Assembly (NCBI GenBank): GCA_000146465.1
Contig: CP001951.1
DNA: 64,000 nt
Direction: 5' to 3' (one strand)
The position numbers and the translations under genes are program-made. The notes beneath the pieces were generated by a model, which ran no database searches, was not told where the DNA came from, and was given only the letters and a program-made list of their open reading frames with translations. Positions 40,301 to 48,957 of this stretch are shown in pieces; the first letter of the stretch is position 1, and each line of letters begins with the position of its first letter.

Positions 40301-42292
40301 TTGGGACTCATACTTCTTGAGGATAGTCTCAAACCTACTAAAGGTGGCCCACTCAGCATCCAATCCTCCTATTCTTTCTTGTAAGGAACTGCAAATCAAA
40401 GGATAATCCACAATACCAAGAATCTTGTTGAATCTTTTGATTTTCTCTTCAAGCTCTTCGTATCTTGTCTTAAGAGATTTAAACATAGGCCAAAACATTA
40501 GTCCGTCTCTTTCCTTGGCTGCATTGTCTATCTTTTCCCCAAAATCTCGAATCTCAGAGACCAAGGCCTCTCGTCTTGACTTTATGATGCCAAACGGAAT
40601 ATCATTTAGAAATAAGTTCAAGGCTTCCCTGTTTGCTTCTAGAGCACTATCCCTTTCACTCCGGACAGTCTCAATGGCCACGCTTGGTCTTTCCAGTCCA
40701 TACTCAATGACGGCCCCATTCAACTCTTCAAGAATTCGAAATTCCTCGGACCGGAGATATTCATCAACCAGTATGGAATTGGATATTCCCTCAAGCAGAT
40801 CTCTTCTCTCCATACTGCTTTCTTGGGATCCAGAATCTCCCATGCCCCCAACCATATCCTTCCTTGCAGCTAGCATATCGTAGACTCTGGAGTTTTCTGC
40901 ACTTACAAACCTGCAAACTTCATCGCATACCGTCTCAAACAACCTCGCTTGTTCTGAAGCATCCATAGTATGTTCAAAGGTAAAAAATGGAATTGTATTC
41001 TTAACAAACATCTCGACACTTCTTTGCGAATCCCGGACTCTCAGAAACCTTTCGTAAAGCCCCAAAGGAAGGTCCCAAGTCGGAATCAACTCCAATATTC
41101 TTGTGCAGGTTTCATAATTTGCCACAACCATTCCAATTATTTTTTCCACTTTAGACCTTATTTCCTGGCCTGGCCTGAGCCTTTGAAGAACCTTTTCAAA
41201 GAAATATCCTTCTCCTTCCGAAGGAAATATCTTCTCCAAAATCTTAAAGTACTCAGAAAGAGGAGGTTCAAAACAATGCTCCACACCATTCCCACATCCT
41301 TCGATCTTTACAATTTCTTTCTTAAGCCTATGTTTTGAGGAAAACAGACTGCTGTCTCCTGCTTCTAAGGCCTCCAGTACAGATTCAAGATATTGTAGGA
41401 ACACTCTGCTCATAGACCTATTTATCCCTCGCACTACAATGCTCTTTTCGTAAAACTTAAAAAACTCCAAGTAAGTCTCGCTGTCGAGAGAAAACAGCAT
41501 CTGCTTCTGGATTTGTTTGGAAAATATTGCTTTCATTTCCTCCTTGGCTATCTTTTTTAAAAGGAATCTGTAGGTGTAAACCCTGTTCTCAAGCTCCCGA
41601 ACTCTGTCGTCGATCTCTTCTATGTCTTGGAAGTCCTTTGCATCCTTCCATCGCAGCATCAAGATCTTTTCCATTGATCCAAACACCAAATCTATCTCCT
41701 TGTGAAACAGATCTAGGTCTTCACGCACATCCTCCAATATCCTGTTGATTCTCCTGCATCCATCATCAATTCTTGTGTAAATAGATCTAGCCTCTAATGC
41801 TAAAGCCATTGTCTCATGGATAGGTTGAGAAATCCGAGACCTAACACCCTCCAGAGATACAATAGTCATGTACTCATCCAGCCTCTTTAGAATGGTAGGC
41901 TCAGGTGACACCTTGAACTTCCTGTTTCCATCGGCTTCCCTACTAATGCTCACTATTCTTCCCCAGGAAAATCCATCAGAAAGCACGGAATTTTCCCACT
42001 CATATATTGTGTCACTTACCTGTCTTTCTATGCTCTTTTTCATCCTTCGGATCTCCCACAGCTGCACTATCCCGTCATAATCCTGCCCAAAAAATAGATC
42101 TAGAATCTTCCAGACTTCTCCAAACATGTCGTGAAACATGAACAGTCTAGATAGCTTATTACAGAAATTGTCATCCAGAGATGGAGGACATGACTTTACA
42201 ATAGAGTCTAGGTATCTGACAATCATCATCCTATTGTTAACTGTTTTTCTTGCGAAAATCTCGAACAGGTTGAAGATGGAGAACATTTTCAT
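34349..42292 (-). CDS. DYN1: cytoplasmic dynein heavy chain (compact form, about 2650 aa)
   Basis: The AAA1 P-loop region GRSGTGKTESVKYYCRLIGKPVFVFCCNEG...CFDEFNRL matches the dynein consensus GPAGTGKTESVKALG...VFNCDE...CFDEFNRI. Further P-loops are GGNGAGKST (AAA2) and GEVGVGKRS (AAA3), followed by a coiled-coil stalk and microtubule-binding region and a linker-like N-terminus. The track start at 42337 is a TTG, and the first ATG is at 42292. Confidence 0.85.
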   Translation of the reverse strand: MKMFSIFNLFEIFARKTVNNRMMIVRYLDSIVKSCPPSLDDNFCNKLSRLFMFHDMFGEVWKILDLFFGQDYDGIVQLWEIRRMKKSIERQVSDTIYEWENSVLSDGFSWGRIVSISREADGNRKFKVSPEPTILKRLDEYMTIVSLEGVRSRISQPIHETMALALEARSIYTRIDDGCRRINRILEDVREDLDLFHKEIDLVFGSMEKILMLRWKDAKDFQDIEEIDDRVRELENRVYTYRFLLKKIAKEEMKAIFSKQIQKQMLFSLDSETYLEFFKFYEKSIVVRGINRSMSRVFLQYLESVLEALEAGDSSLFSSKHRLKKEIVKIEGCGNGVEHCFEPPLSEYFKILEKIFPSEGEGYFFEKVLQRLRPGQEIRSKVEKIIGMVVANYETCTRILELIPTWDLPLGLYERFLRVRDSQRSVEMFVKNTIPFFTFEHTMDASEQARLFETVCDEVCRFVSAENSRVYDMLAARKDMVGGMGDSGSQESSMERRDLLEGISNSILVDEYLRSEEFRILEELNGAVIEYGLERPSVAIETVRSERDSALEANREALNLFLNDIPFGIIKSRREALVSEIRDFGEKIDNAAKERDGLMFWPMFKSLKTRYEELEEKIKRFNKILGIVDYPLICSSLQERIGGLDAEWATFSRFETILKKYESQKVCDVDVEQLSSFLKSIDVSLFHAEYYKEFQSKIKYYISGLDCLQHTKSPYVKKKYFDTEMETKEFFLLQDKDEVEKRLADSRMEYEVERYIERARAEIFLVSLKVRHLRKEEVVIPDLSQVEERVNKLLVEHDSISRFNEKNFFIEELNGIKERMDDCLSFLACLEEVQRGIREFANVFSTDGLDFEAKKYSMIKKRFLDVLNRFSTPSSSSGWEVKLGALLPHKDEFLGMKKDFDDISKGLKVFLRRCRERTPRLYLVSDIDLIRGLNSRSYYVEMLGMMFNIDGVIVENGSILGFEGNGETVMLRQKVQIDQDIGGFMDTFEEEVKRTLKSWFHDGLESLKEGCPSIISDLISEFKYFNKRDFEMTPKLRVLEREIEKHPNGVIRLYPKPVLKSGELFMDSTEEIEYGFEYYPPVDIVFTPLVCRVLSSIAISLKSLCGVILYGRSGTGKTESVKYYCRLIGKPVFVFCCNEGCELETLRNVISGAVLTGSYLCFDEFNRLSEEIMSGATELILLNKNKTKFFLTMNIGYKGRYRMPRSLRAILGETRIDAPDIKDIIDYYCKESSEKIYRLMREVESKASKQDHYDFGLRAVRTITKGREEAEIMRSAIYFYMACLGREDKAIFVKEFEKIFERKVEQNLAHKDMLLYGLENRRGALVIGGNGAGKSTLIKLARESRGAMCFYYNPRNIGKIFGFQDKVTGEWKDSKFVRDLRRNMDSSKECWFVFDGIAESFWIEDFNSILDENKLLCLSSGERIRIPDHYRFVFESTSMENITPATLTRVFLVHMEEDDLYQIGNLQNTVGTGMDIRYDGRKVPVFPFRGLVVTEEQSFYARAMEALVKDGSKVFFMRGEVGVGKRSLVEEVFKEKVVVIEGNGFETSMIAQSLGEDKIKRVGEEKIYDLRSVVYIEGFDCRNVSLVEAVREYNECGRIGEIEVKNMVLICGINEKKGNDAIRNTAAERLRRKIKSIFVEEPRDTELLFESEIRKRFEATKHFQDYKRVLQVVEFIYKNFKVNLKEITSFIRTLGDLCMEEGDLVDLMYFEAKIYFGESKDLEEEMQRAFGRRPEEIEFNLETRRFRRAKRCSDISYVGSIFHRGYNLVIEGGRMSGKHWVVRECMRQMKENVRIVSNEDEKKIDGQTAFLVEDVSSLRKDISNQCMIFKLKRTAYYSLDLLKIYNMVRSKDISDLDMVKECFTTNVGINIDLENEGIPSETSSLAMGVEEDGHPWECQHPNVVTTGFLCKAIGFGMSFARIAREFKEKESRRRKFLIGGLQKIEDFGKEALALGLESSRKKKDLEKLTDRLDGQLEKIINTQKQLEREKGAIGNRKREIEGALMMNQKKQEVIDKRLRVAKTLLSESRRSIEELPKSSLSEIRVMINPPEIVRNTVEAVYWIVEGETKGGSIEWKQLIQFMKREDFVSKVLNCRSTKVPDVLENMISNPLFSYEKAQKASSACGPLFMWVMARYKYAKTMEEISPLDQEIAVLGKEVEKSRKEIEEEEKKLLQIEKKIEAMKDEYNASVLKLESIKKEIKSADERALLMDKIVRELSDEVEKWRRMKYLCPIKYILSSTDWVLHCKRNGFVHSSGISALTRARRFISTSLEDKNYKQVLSNCSYYGNDVIVYGCDRFDKDVYRALKRQMDNPQYSIILVSSTKTNPYKEYTYNCSFVERFETEESGNLERLEERLLELIVEHAPLNEVYEHKKKLEKERSISKQHSKKREVYEILNLVFGRKSKIFFEAYGVHLSFRIYREYVENVIYPILESRLCRDNFENMWAGMVDADMNLVRDVISRSVDSFYSSTFPDTKDEYEGLIHEMSRHPFDYTLIIACDIATHIIEEKMAITAVISAGPKENNEKIYRMLEEESQEDRTYLIKNIHFLGSCKKSGNSRLILTIEEGKKHSLMEDTKVVYCKGYGTQEGTAIASFSGGDEDLVKFHVEMSNRNSQFGLKDLMLCAENMGHCDREYLKTIVYGSRLDV

Positions 42293-42314
42293 GACCTTGC
42301 ATAGCTTGTGAAAC

Positions 42315-43781
42315 TTATCTCCATCCTCCTGTGGCAATAATACCCCCAGAACTTCGGTTTCTTTCTTTCTCGCCTTCCTCCAGGATATCAGAGTCTATGT
42401 CGCAAATCCTTTCGAAAGCCTCGTTGAAAACATCGGAGACAAACCCCTCCTGTTGGTCAAATACAACTTCTAGTCTAGCCTTAATGTTGAAGAGATCTTT
42501 CTTCATCCATCCTACCACAGGCCTCAAGTCAGGATCTCCAATCTCAGATATCATTTCTTGTAGCAGGCTTCTGTATCTTATTTCATGGGCAGCCTTTTCT
42601 GGAGAACTCTTCAGTAACTTAGGAACAACTGCTCCAAGTCCCTTGAACGACCAAGAAAAGAGAAGGATTTTCTTGATGTCTTTGAATTCGGAGTGAAATT
42701 TGGCCAACTCCTCTCCTCCCCTGAATTCATAGAACAATGACGACTCTAAGGACATGGCCTCAGATTCCTCGCCCTCCCTAGAAACAGTAAGTGAGCACAT
42801 ACTCTCTATAGAGCATAAAAGTAGTTCTTCACAACACTTAAGCCACCCAATCGATAGGTTCTCATGCACCTTGTCGATTATTAGCCAAACTAGTCTATCC
42901 ATCTGGGAAAGAATCAGTTTTCGAGCCATCTTCGACTGTCTTCCAATTCTTCTGCCGATTTCCTTTATAGCACTAACTGTAGAGTCCTTGAACTCGTCCA
43001 AGCTCCTTGGAAAATAAACTCCCTTAAAGTCCATGCCCTCATAGAAGCCATGAAGCCCTCTTCCAAGTTCGAAGTACTTGTTTGATAACATCAAGCTCTC
43101 TAGGGTTGCTGCAGAAACAAACCTTTTACTCCTCTTCAAAACATCATGAACAAATCCAAATACTTCGGACTTTCCGAATTCTCTTATATAGCACATCTCC
43201 ATATAGAATTTGCTCCAGAAGGTCTTTTCCTCATGAAACCCACTTCTTTTGAATCCTACGGACTCATGAAGTCCTCTTATGCAGCTGGTCCACTGTTCCA
43301 CATTCCTATGAATAAGCTCCAGCTCACCACTAGAAAGAAACCTTTCGGGGTCAAGCCCATTCTGAAGCTCCTCACCATGCTTCCTATAAAGCCGATCCAT
43401 TTCCTGGGTTTCCATGCTAAGATAGATCTTTTCTTTCTTATCTTCTTCACTTACGGCTTTGCTGAGATGCAGGGCATGATGCTCTAACAACCGGAGAGCC
43501 TTCTCTACAGCCACAGATACACCCTTCTTTTTAATCCTAGACATGGTGGCTGGTATTACGAAGTTCGACATTGCATCTACCATGAATTCACATGAGCCTT
43601 TGAGTATGAGAAGCCCATCCTTCCTGTGATTGACTATACAGTCTGCTCCGACCTGGGATTTCTCTTTACATTCATAGGAATGTCCATTACTATCCGAGAT
43701 ACATTTATGAAAATCCGTAGTAGACTTCAATTTGTCCACAATTCTGTCTATCTCATCGCAAAGTGTATTGTTTGTGTCCAT
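42315..43781 (-). CDS. hypothetical protein, possibly an N-terminal (tail) portion of the dynein heavy chain separated by a frameshift
   Basis: 501-aa ORF on the same strand. Its stop lies 22 nt upstream of the dynein ATG. The track start is a TTG, and the first ATG is near 43781. Predicted helical, with no assignable motif. See the dynein finding. Confidence 0.45.
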   Translation of the reverse strand: MDTNNTLCDEIDRIVDKLKSTTDFHKCISDSNGHSYECKEKSQVGADCIVNHRKDGLLILKGSCEFMVDAMSNFVIPATMSRIKKKGVSVAVEKALRLLEHHALHLSKAVSEEDKKEKIYLSMETQEMDRLYRKHGEELQNGLDPERFLSSGELELIHRNVEQWTSCIRGLHESVGFKRSGFHEEKTFWSKFYMEMCYIREFGKSEVFGFVHDVLKRSKRFVSAATLESLMLSNKYFELGRGLHGFYEGMDFKGVYFPRSLDEFKDSTVSAIKEIGRRIGRQSKMARKLILSQMDRLVWLIIDKVHENLSIGWLKCCEELLLCSIESMCSLTVSREGEESEAMSLESSLFYEFRGGEELAKFHSEFKDIKKILLFSWSFKGLGAVVPKLLKSSPEKAAHEIRYRSLLQEMISEIGDPDLRPVVGWMKKDLFNIKARLEVVFDQQEGFVSDVFNEAFERICDIDSDILEEGEKERNRSSGGIIATGGWR

Positions 43782-43804
43782 TGGAGGGTCAGAAGAGCAA
43801 AGAT

Positions 43805-44725
43805 ATGAGAACCTTAACAATTGATGGAAGAGCCCTAGTTATGGACATCCACATGCTAAGAAAGGAAAGAGAAAACTGCATCAATGAAAGAGATCGGCTC
43901 ATTTCTGAAATGGACTCTTTCATCGTAGGGTCGATGGGGGAAATAAGAGAAGCATTGACCATTCCCGAAACTACTGTCTGGGAAATCTCTCAGGAGGATC
44001 TCTTGCTATTTGTCTCCTGGAGGATATCCAAGCTGATTTCTCTAACAAGAGATAAAAAGATAGAAATTCTCAGCAAGCTCGTTTGGGAAAAGGTGAACTA
44101 CAAAGACTTGGAGAACATCCTAGTCGCCGAGTATTGCTACAAAAAAGTGTTGGCAAACGACTTTTCGGAAAGTTCTGCCTGGGATACCGATGTTTACATT
44201 GACATAGGAAATGGGGATGTGGACATAAAAAGCGATTCTGTGGAAAGAATAACAACTGGTTCGGATGGGGTCTTTTACAGATCACTGAATGGTCTATTTT
44301 CGAAGAGGTTCCATGTGAGGGTTAGCAAGGAGCTAATGAGGTCTTATGCCCTGAATATAAAGGTGGAGATGGGCCTGGAGATCTTCAAAAGCCTCTATGA
44401 GAAGGATGAGGAAGACCTGAAAAGGCTGTCATCATACAAACACTACAAGGAGAAAGGGCTTCCCACACTCGTTATGAGCGGTGAAATGACAAGTAATCTG
44501 ATGGAAGACATAAGAGCAAGAGTTTCCCAGGAAGTTACTGGAATAATTGCTGCAGAAATGCCAGACAGAAAAAAGGCGCTTCTCATCACCTACCTCCTTG
44601 TGATGTTTGGAGGAATCGGGTCGGATCTTGACTTAAGCTATTTCAATGGGAAGAAAGAATTATACATGCTGGAATGGACAAAATCCAAAGAAAATATTTT
44701 TATCAAAATACAACTCGAGAGCTAA
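43805..44725 (+). CDS. hypothetical protein
   Basis: The track start at 43763 is a GTG, and the first ATG is near 43805 (MRTLTIDGRALV...). About 306 aa with no recognisable domain. Divergent from the 501-aa ORF, with about 23 bp between their first ATGs. Confidence 0.45.
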   Translation: MRTLTIDGRALVMDIHMLRKERENCINERDRLISEMDSFIVGSMGEIREALTIPETTVWEISQEDLLLFVSWRISKLISLTRDKKIEILSKLVWEKVNYKDLENILVAEYCYKKVLANDFSESSAWDTDVYIDIGNGDVDIKSDSVERITTGSDGVFYRSLNGLFSKRFHVRVSKELMRSYALNIKVEMGLEIFKSLYEKDEEDLKRLSSYKHYKEKGLPTLVMSGEMTSNLMEDIRARVSQEVTGIIAAEMPDRKKALLITYLLVMFGGIGSDLDLSYFNGKKELYMLEWTKSKENIFIKIQLES

Positions 44726-44729
44726 CACC

Positions 44730-45863
44730 TTAATACAGTTTAAGCAGGGATCCTTTTACACATCGGTCCCTGGACCTCTGAGCTTTCTGCAACTGCTTTT
44801 CGCTGTATGTGAAAATAAATTCGTTTCCACTTATTCTCAACATCTTGTATGCAGAAAGAGTACCTACTATGTCGTCCTCAGATATGTGAGTTTCTTTGGA
44901 TATCTCGTTGATGCTTGCTTTGTCGTGTCTTGAAAGATACTCTACAACAACCTCCATCCAATATGCTCTGTAGCTAAGAAGCCCAAGATCACTCAGAGGC
45001 TTTTCAGGCCCGGAAATCACATTTTCTCTTTTGCTGAGTAGGTATGAGAAGTCGATCAGGACTCTCCCATATCCCTTTCTTTGCTCAAAAGGAAGGGTCA
45101 AGATGCATGCAAGATTGTATCCCTGCTCAGACACCTTTTCCTTTGAGAAGTATCCCACTATCTGGTATCCGTTGTCTTCCAGCCTGCAGAGCACATAAAA
45201 CATAAATACATCTATATCGTAATAGAGCGACTTGTGATCCAAAAACAGCTTTGAAAGTAGAGATAAGTTCCTACAGTAGTTTTTCTGTATGTGCCCGTCG
45301 CATTCAAAAAAACTTAAGTCTCCGTCCCGGTATATCTCTCTTCCGGGAGGATGGCGAAGCTTGCATTGCCTTGCATGCTGAGTCAGGCTGTCCATTGTCC
45401 CAAAATAGTAAAGACAGAACTCGCATATGTAAACCACGTCGTTCTCGGCTATTGCCTTTGGATATGGCGAGAAATACCATGCATCCACAAGATAATTCCG
45501 AAGCATGATCTTCTTGACGTTCTTCATCTTGAACTCTTCATCCTGAGGCGGCTTCTCCAGCTTAGGCTCTTCATCCCCTCCTCCATCCTCCTTTTCCGAG
45601 TCTCTTCTCGACTTCTCGGTCTTTGTCTTTTCCGACTTCTTTTTCTTAGGAATCTCCACCTGAGAAGGGTCGCTGAGGTCAACCATCGACGAGTCTATCC
45701 ACTCATCAAGCCTTCTGTTCAGCTCCACATAATGGACATAGAACTCAAGCCTGGAGTTGGTTGTTCTTGTCCCAAGAACCTCTGCTTTGAATACTTCTTC
45801 GGCCCCATCCACAATCTTCTTGACTGGAACTTTGAATCCTATACAAACATCCTCGAGCTTCAT
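44730..45863 (-). CDS. ESA1: MYST-family histone acetyltransferase (Esa1-like), with chromo-barrel, C2HC zinc finger and HAT domain
   Basis: Chromo barrel FYVHYVELNRRLDEWI matches Esa1 FYVHYVNYNKRLDEWI. The zinc finger reads YICEFCLYYFGTMDSLTQHARQCKLRHPPGREIYRDGDLSFFE. The acetyl-CoA site reads NLACILTLPFEQRKGYGRVLIDFSYLLSK. The track start at 45884 is a TTG, and the first ATG is about 45863. Confidence 0.9.
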   Translation of the reverse strand: MKLEDVCIGFKVPVKKIVDGAEEVFKAEVLGTRTTNSRLEFYVHYVELNRRLDEWIDSSMVDLSDPSQVEIPKKKKSEKTKTEKSRRDSEKEDGGGDEEPKLEKPPQDEEFKMKNVKKIMLRNYLVDAWYFSPYPKAIAENDVVYICEFCLYYFGTMDSLTQHARQCKLRHPPGREIYRDGDLSFFECDGHIQKNYCRNLSLLSKLFLDHKSLYYDIDVFMFYVLCRLEDNGYQIVGYFSKEKVSEQGYNLACILTLPFEQRKGYGRVLIDFSYLLSKRENVISGPEKPLSDLGLLSYRAYWMEVVVEYLSRHDKASINEISKETHISEDDIVGTLSAYKMLRISGNEFIFTYSEKQLQKAQRSRDRCVKGSLLKLY

Positions 45864-45913
45864 AGGCTGGTGGCTTCCATGCAAATTTTTAGGAAATCAA
45901 CTCTTCCCTCCAG

Positions 45914-46444
45914 ATGAGGGATTTAAAACAGGAAGAGGAGGAGAAGGTCCTCAAGAAGCTTAAGTTTTTCATTGGCGACAATGTCAACAGGATTCTTTCT
46001 GGAGAAGAAAAGCTCTTTTTGCACAACCAGCGTGTCATGCTCCTTTCGGAAAAGATGAAAGCGGCAACATCTATGATATCCAGGAAAAATCTCATCATGG
46101 CAGGGACGGTGATAGGGAAGTTTACCAAGAATGGGAACTTCCGGCTGGGAATATCGTCTTTGAACCTTCTCTCCAAGTGGGCCATACACAAGGTCTGGAT
46201 CAAGAGCAGTGCAGAAATGAATTATGTGTATGGAAACAACTCTCTGAAATCTCATATATTCCGGAGCTCTGAGGGAATTCCCATCAATGCAGGAGTCTTT
46301 GTATTCAATCAGCATGATGTTCCTCTTGGGTTTGGGATTACTTCCTTGACGCCTCAGGCTTACTCTGCAGCAAAGGGACATGCACTTGTCCTTCTAAGAC
46401 AGTCGGATACAGGAGAGTATGTCCGTAACGAAGAAAAAATATAA
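45914..46444 (+). CDS. NIP7: 60S ribosome subunit biogenesis protein NIP7 (PUA domain)
   Basis: Collinear with yeast Nip7 along its whole length: GKFTKNGNFRLGISSLNLLSKWAIHKVWIKSSAEMNYVYGNNSLKSHI and NAGVFVFNQHDVPLGFGIT. ATG is preceded by cttccctcc. Confidence 0.95.
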   Translation: MRDLKQEEEEKVLKKLKFFIGDNVNRILSGEEKLFLHNQRVMLLSEKMKAATSMISRKNLIMAGTVIGKFTKNGNFRLGISSLNLLSKWAIHKVWIKSSAEMNYVYGNNSLKSHIFRSSEGIPINAGVFVFNQHDVPLGFGITSLTPQAYSAAKGHALVLLRQSDTGEYVRNEEKI

Positions 46445-46538
46445 TCATATAAACGTTTCTTTTACTGAATTCCTCTGAGGAAATGCATATGTCTGTTTTT
46501 ACGATTATTTCTCCCTGGACGGAATAGTCCCGAGTGTT

Positions 46539-48923
46539 ATGTCTGGAAAGAAGGAGAGACTTCTGAAAAAGTATTTGGAAAAGAAAAAGAGGCAGAGGAA
46601 TAGAGATGAGCTGTATGCACAGATAGCTGCATTATGTAGGCCTGAGGAGGATAGAAAGGAACAAGAAAAGTCTGAAAAGAGGAAGCTGGAAGAGGTCCGG
46701 AGTGATTCTGAAGACATCTCGTTGTCAGTCTCAGAAGACTCTCCATCTTCCTCAGAAAATGAGGTAGGCCATTCTTTACAAACCAAGGCGATGGATGTTG
46801 GATGTGAAACCATGAAAGACTCGAATGAGGAGGAGGCAATGGATATGTATTTGTGGGATACCCACGCAAGAAACATCCAAGAAGAAGCCAAGAATGCCAT
46901 GGTATTTTCCGAGGATAAAGAGTCTTCGGAGTGTGAAGACGGCACTGGAGATTCTGTTTCTGAAGACAGAAATACCTACATTTCTGAAGAGACAGGAAAA
47001 GATGTATCCAAAGAGTATGAGACAAAGACTCTTGAAAACCGACGGGAAGACATCGAAGAGTACAGAAAGACATTGCCGATTTACTACGAGAAGGCGGAAA
47101 TCATATTTACAGTCCGGAACTCCTCGATAGTATTTATTACGGGAGCAACTGGATGCGGGAAGACAACCCAAATTCCACAGTTTCTCTATGAAGGGGGGTT
47201 GGGGACATATGGAATGATAGGTGTTACACAGCCAAGAAGAATATCGGCAGTCTCGATATCCGGAAGGATCAACGAAGAAGCTAATGAGGATATTTGTGGA
47301 TACAAAATCCGGTACGAGTCGTCGGTTACTTCTGAAACCAAGATCAAAGTAATGACGGACGGAGTACTACTAAGAGAAATACAAGAGGATTTTCTCTTGT
47401 CAAAGTATTCTGTCATCATCATTGATGAGGTTCATGAAAGAAGCACTAACATCGACCTCCTAGTCTCTATGATTCCTCGGATCATGAAGATAAGAAAGGA
47501 AAGAGGAAATGAGCTTAAGCTAGTTCTGATGAGTGCCACCGGAGATGTGGATGAATTCAAAGCATTCCTTGGAGACATTACTGTCTTTAGATGTCCTGAG
47601 AAGGGATTCCAGGTGAACACGTTCTATGAGGAAAGGACCGAAATGGACTATCTGAATGCAGCATATGAAAGAATAAGAAAGATAATTCTTTCTGGATCCG
47701 ACTCTGGAAAGAGAAGAAAGATGAATGGAGAAAGGTCGGATGTGATTGGCTCTGCCGTTTCCAACGACAAGTCTGCTTCAATTCTTGTTTTTCTTAGCAG
47801 CAAGCAAGAGATATATCAGCTCAAGAGTAGGCTGGAAGGTTCTGGAATGGATTTGACTGCTCTCCCTCTCCATTCATCTCTCTCTCGAGCGGAGCAGGAG
47901 CTTGTGTTTAAAAAAACTCCGAATAGGAAGGTAATACTTGCCACCAATGTTGCAGAAACCAGTATTACAATACCAGACATTGTCTTTGTGGTTGATTCGG
48001 GGAAAGTCAAGAACCGGATGGTTGACTCCGAGGGAATTACAAGATACTCTGTCGACTTTATTACGAAGTCAAGCGCAACCCAAAGAATGGGAAGAGCTGG
48101 GAGAACCGGGCCTGGAATATGCTACCGACTGTATTCTGGAAAGGCTTATGAGAAGTTCTTTGAGTGTATGGAGCCGCAGATTTTGAGAGAACCTCTTGAT
48201 GGAGTAGTGCTCGGCCTTCTGTCTCTGGGAATTGGAAATGTTTATGGATTTCCGTTTCTCTCCAGGCCTGAAAAGAAATCCATAGCTAGTGCCACTATGC
48301 GCCTCCAAGCACTGGGTGCAATTGATGGAAACCTAAGGTTAACAGAGCTGGGGAAGAAGATGTCGATGTATCCTGTAGAACCTAGGCTGGCAAGACTGCT
48401 TTGCGCACAGGGATTTGAGGATATATTTACTGAAATCCTTGTTCTTGTCAGCTTGATTTCCTTGGGTATCGAAGTGAGGAGGAACCACAGCAACGGAAAG
48501 TATTTTGAAGGCTCCAAAAGCGATCTTCTAGTTCTTCTGGGAATCTACAATGATTTCTTGAAGAGTAGAAATAGAAAGTCGTTTTGCACAGAAATGGGCC
48601 TGGGCTATACAACAGCAGTTGAGGCGATGAAGATGATAACACACCTGGCAAAAATCACTGGTGGTACAGTGGACAAAGTTGGGTCCCTAAACTTGACTCC
48701 GGACACATGTTCCCGAATAAGAAACATAATATATCGAGGATTTGCAGATCACCTAGCCATGCCTTTATCCGGCACTCATTTCTTTCAAAAAGAAGAAGTC
48801 TCTCCATCGAGGGATAGCGTCTCGGTTGAAAGCGGGGACTTTGTTGTCTTTGGGAGCCTGGTTTCTAGCAAAGGGAAGCTATATATGAAAAACATCACCA
48901 TTGTCGAGGAAAGCTGGTTTTAA
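46539..48923 (+). CDS. DHR1: DEAH-box ATP-dependent RNA helicase, DHR1/DHX37-like
   Basis: The acidic N-terminus is followed by GATGCGKTTQIPQFLYEGGLGTYGMIGVTQPRRISAVS, KIKVMTDGVLLRE, DEVHERS, SAT, TNVAETSITIPDIVFVVDSGKVK and QRMGRAGRTGPGICYRLYS. The closest pattern is yeast Dhr1/Ecm16. ATG is preceded by tctccctgg. Confidence 0.9.
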   Translation: MSGKKERLLKKYLEKKKRQRNRDELYAQIAALCRPEEDRKEQEKSEKRKLEEVRSDSEDISLSVSEDSPSSSENEVGHSLQTKAMDVGCETMKDSNEEEAMDMYLWDTHARNIQEEAKNAMVFSEDKESSECEDGTGDSVSEDRNTYISEETGKDVSKEYETKTLENRREDIEEYRKTLPIYYEKAEIIFTVRNSSIVFITGATGCGKTTQIPQFLYEGGLGTYGMIGVTQPRRISAVSISGRINEEANEDICGYKIRYESSVTSETKIKVMTDGVLLREIQEDFLLSKYSVIIIDEVHERSTNIDLLVSMIPRIMKIRKERGNELKLVLMSATGDVDEFKAFLGDITVFRCPEKGFQVNTFYEERTEMDYLNAAYERIRKIILSGSDSGKRRKMNGERSDVIGSAVSNDKSASILVFLSSKQEIYQLKSRLEGSGMDLTALPLHSSLSRAEQELVFKKTPNRKVILATNVAETSITIPDIVFVVDSGKVKNRMVDSEGITRYSVDFITKSSATQRMGRAGRTGPGICYRLYSGKAYEKFFECMEPQILREPLDGVVLGLLSLGIGNVYGFPFLSRPEKKSIASATMRLQALGAIDGNLRLTELGKKMSMYPVEPRLARLLCAQGFEDIFTEILVLVSLISLGIEVRRNHSNGKYFEGSKSDLLVLLGIYNDFLKSRNRKSFCTEMGLGYTTAVEAMKMITHLAKITGGTVDKVGSLNLTPDTCSRIRNIIYRGFADHLAMPLSGTHFFQKEEVSPSRDSVSVESGDFVVFGSLVSSKGKLYMKNITIVEESWF

Positions 48924-48957
48924 AATCCAAAGTTTTCTTCTTTAAACCTCTGCTTTA

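Noticed and set aside
42315-42337. Apparent 23-nt same-strand overlap between the 501-aa ORF and the dynein ORF
   Set aside because: The dynein ORF in the track begins at a TTG (42337) that is displayed as M. The first real ATG is at 42292, so the two reading frames do not overlap. The close spacing is instead reported as a possible frameshift junction.
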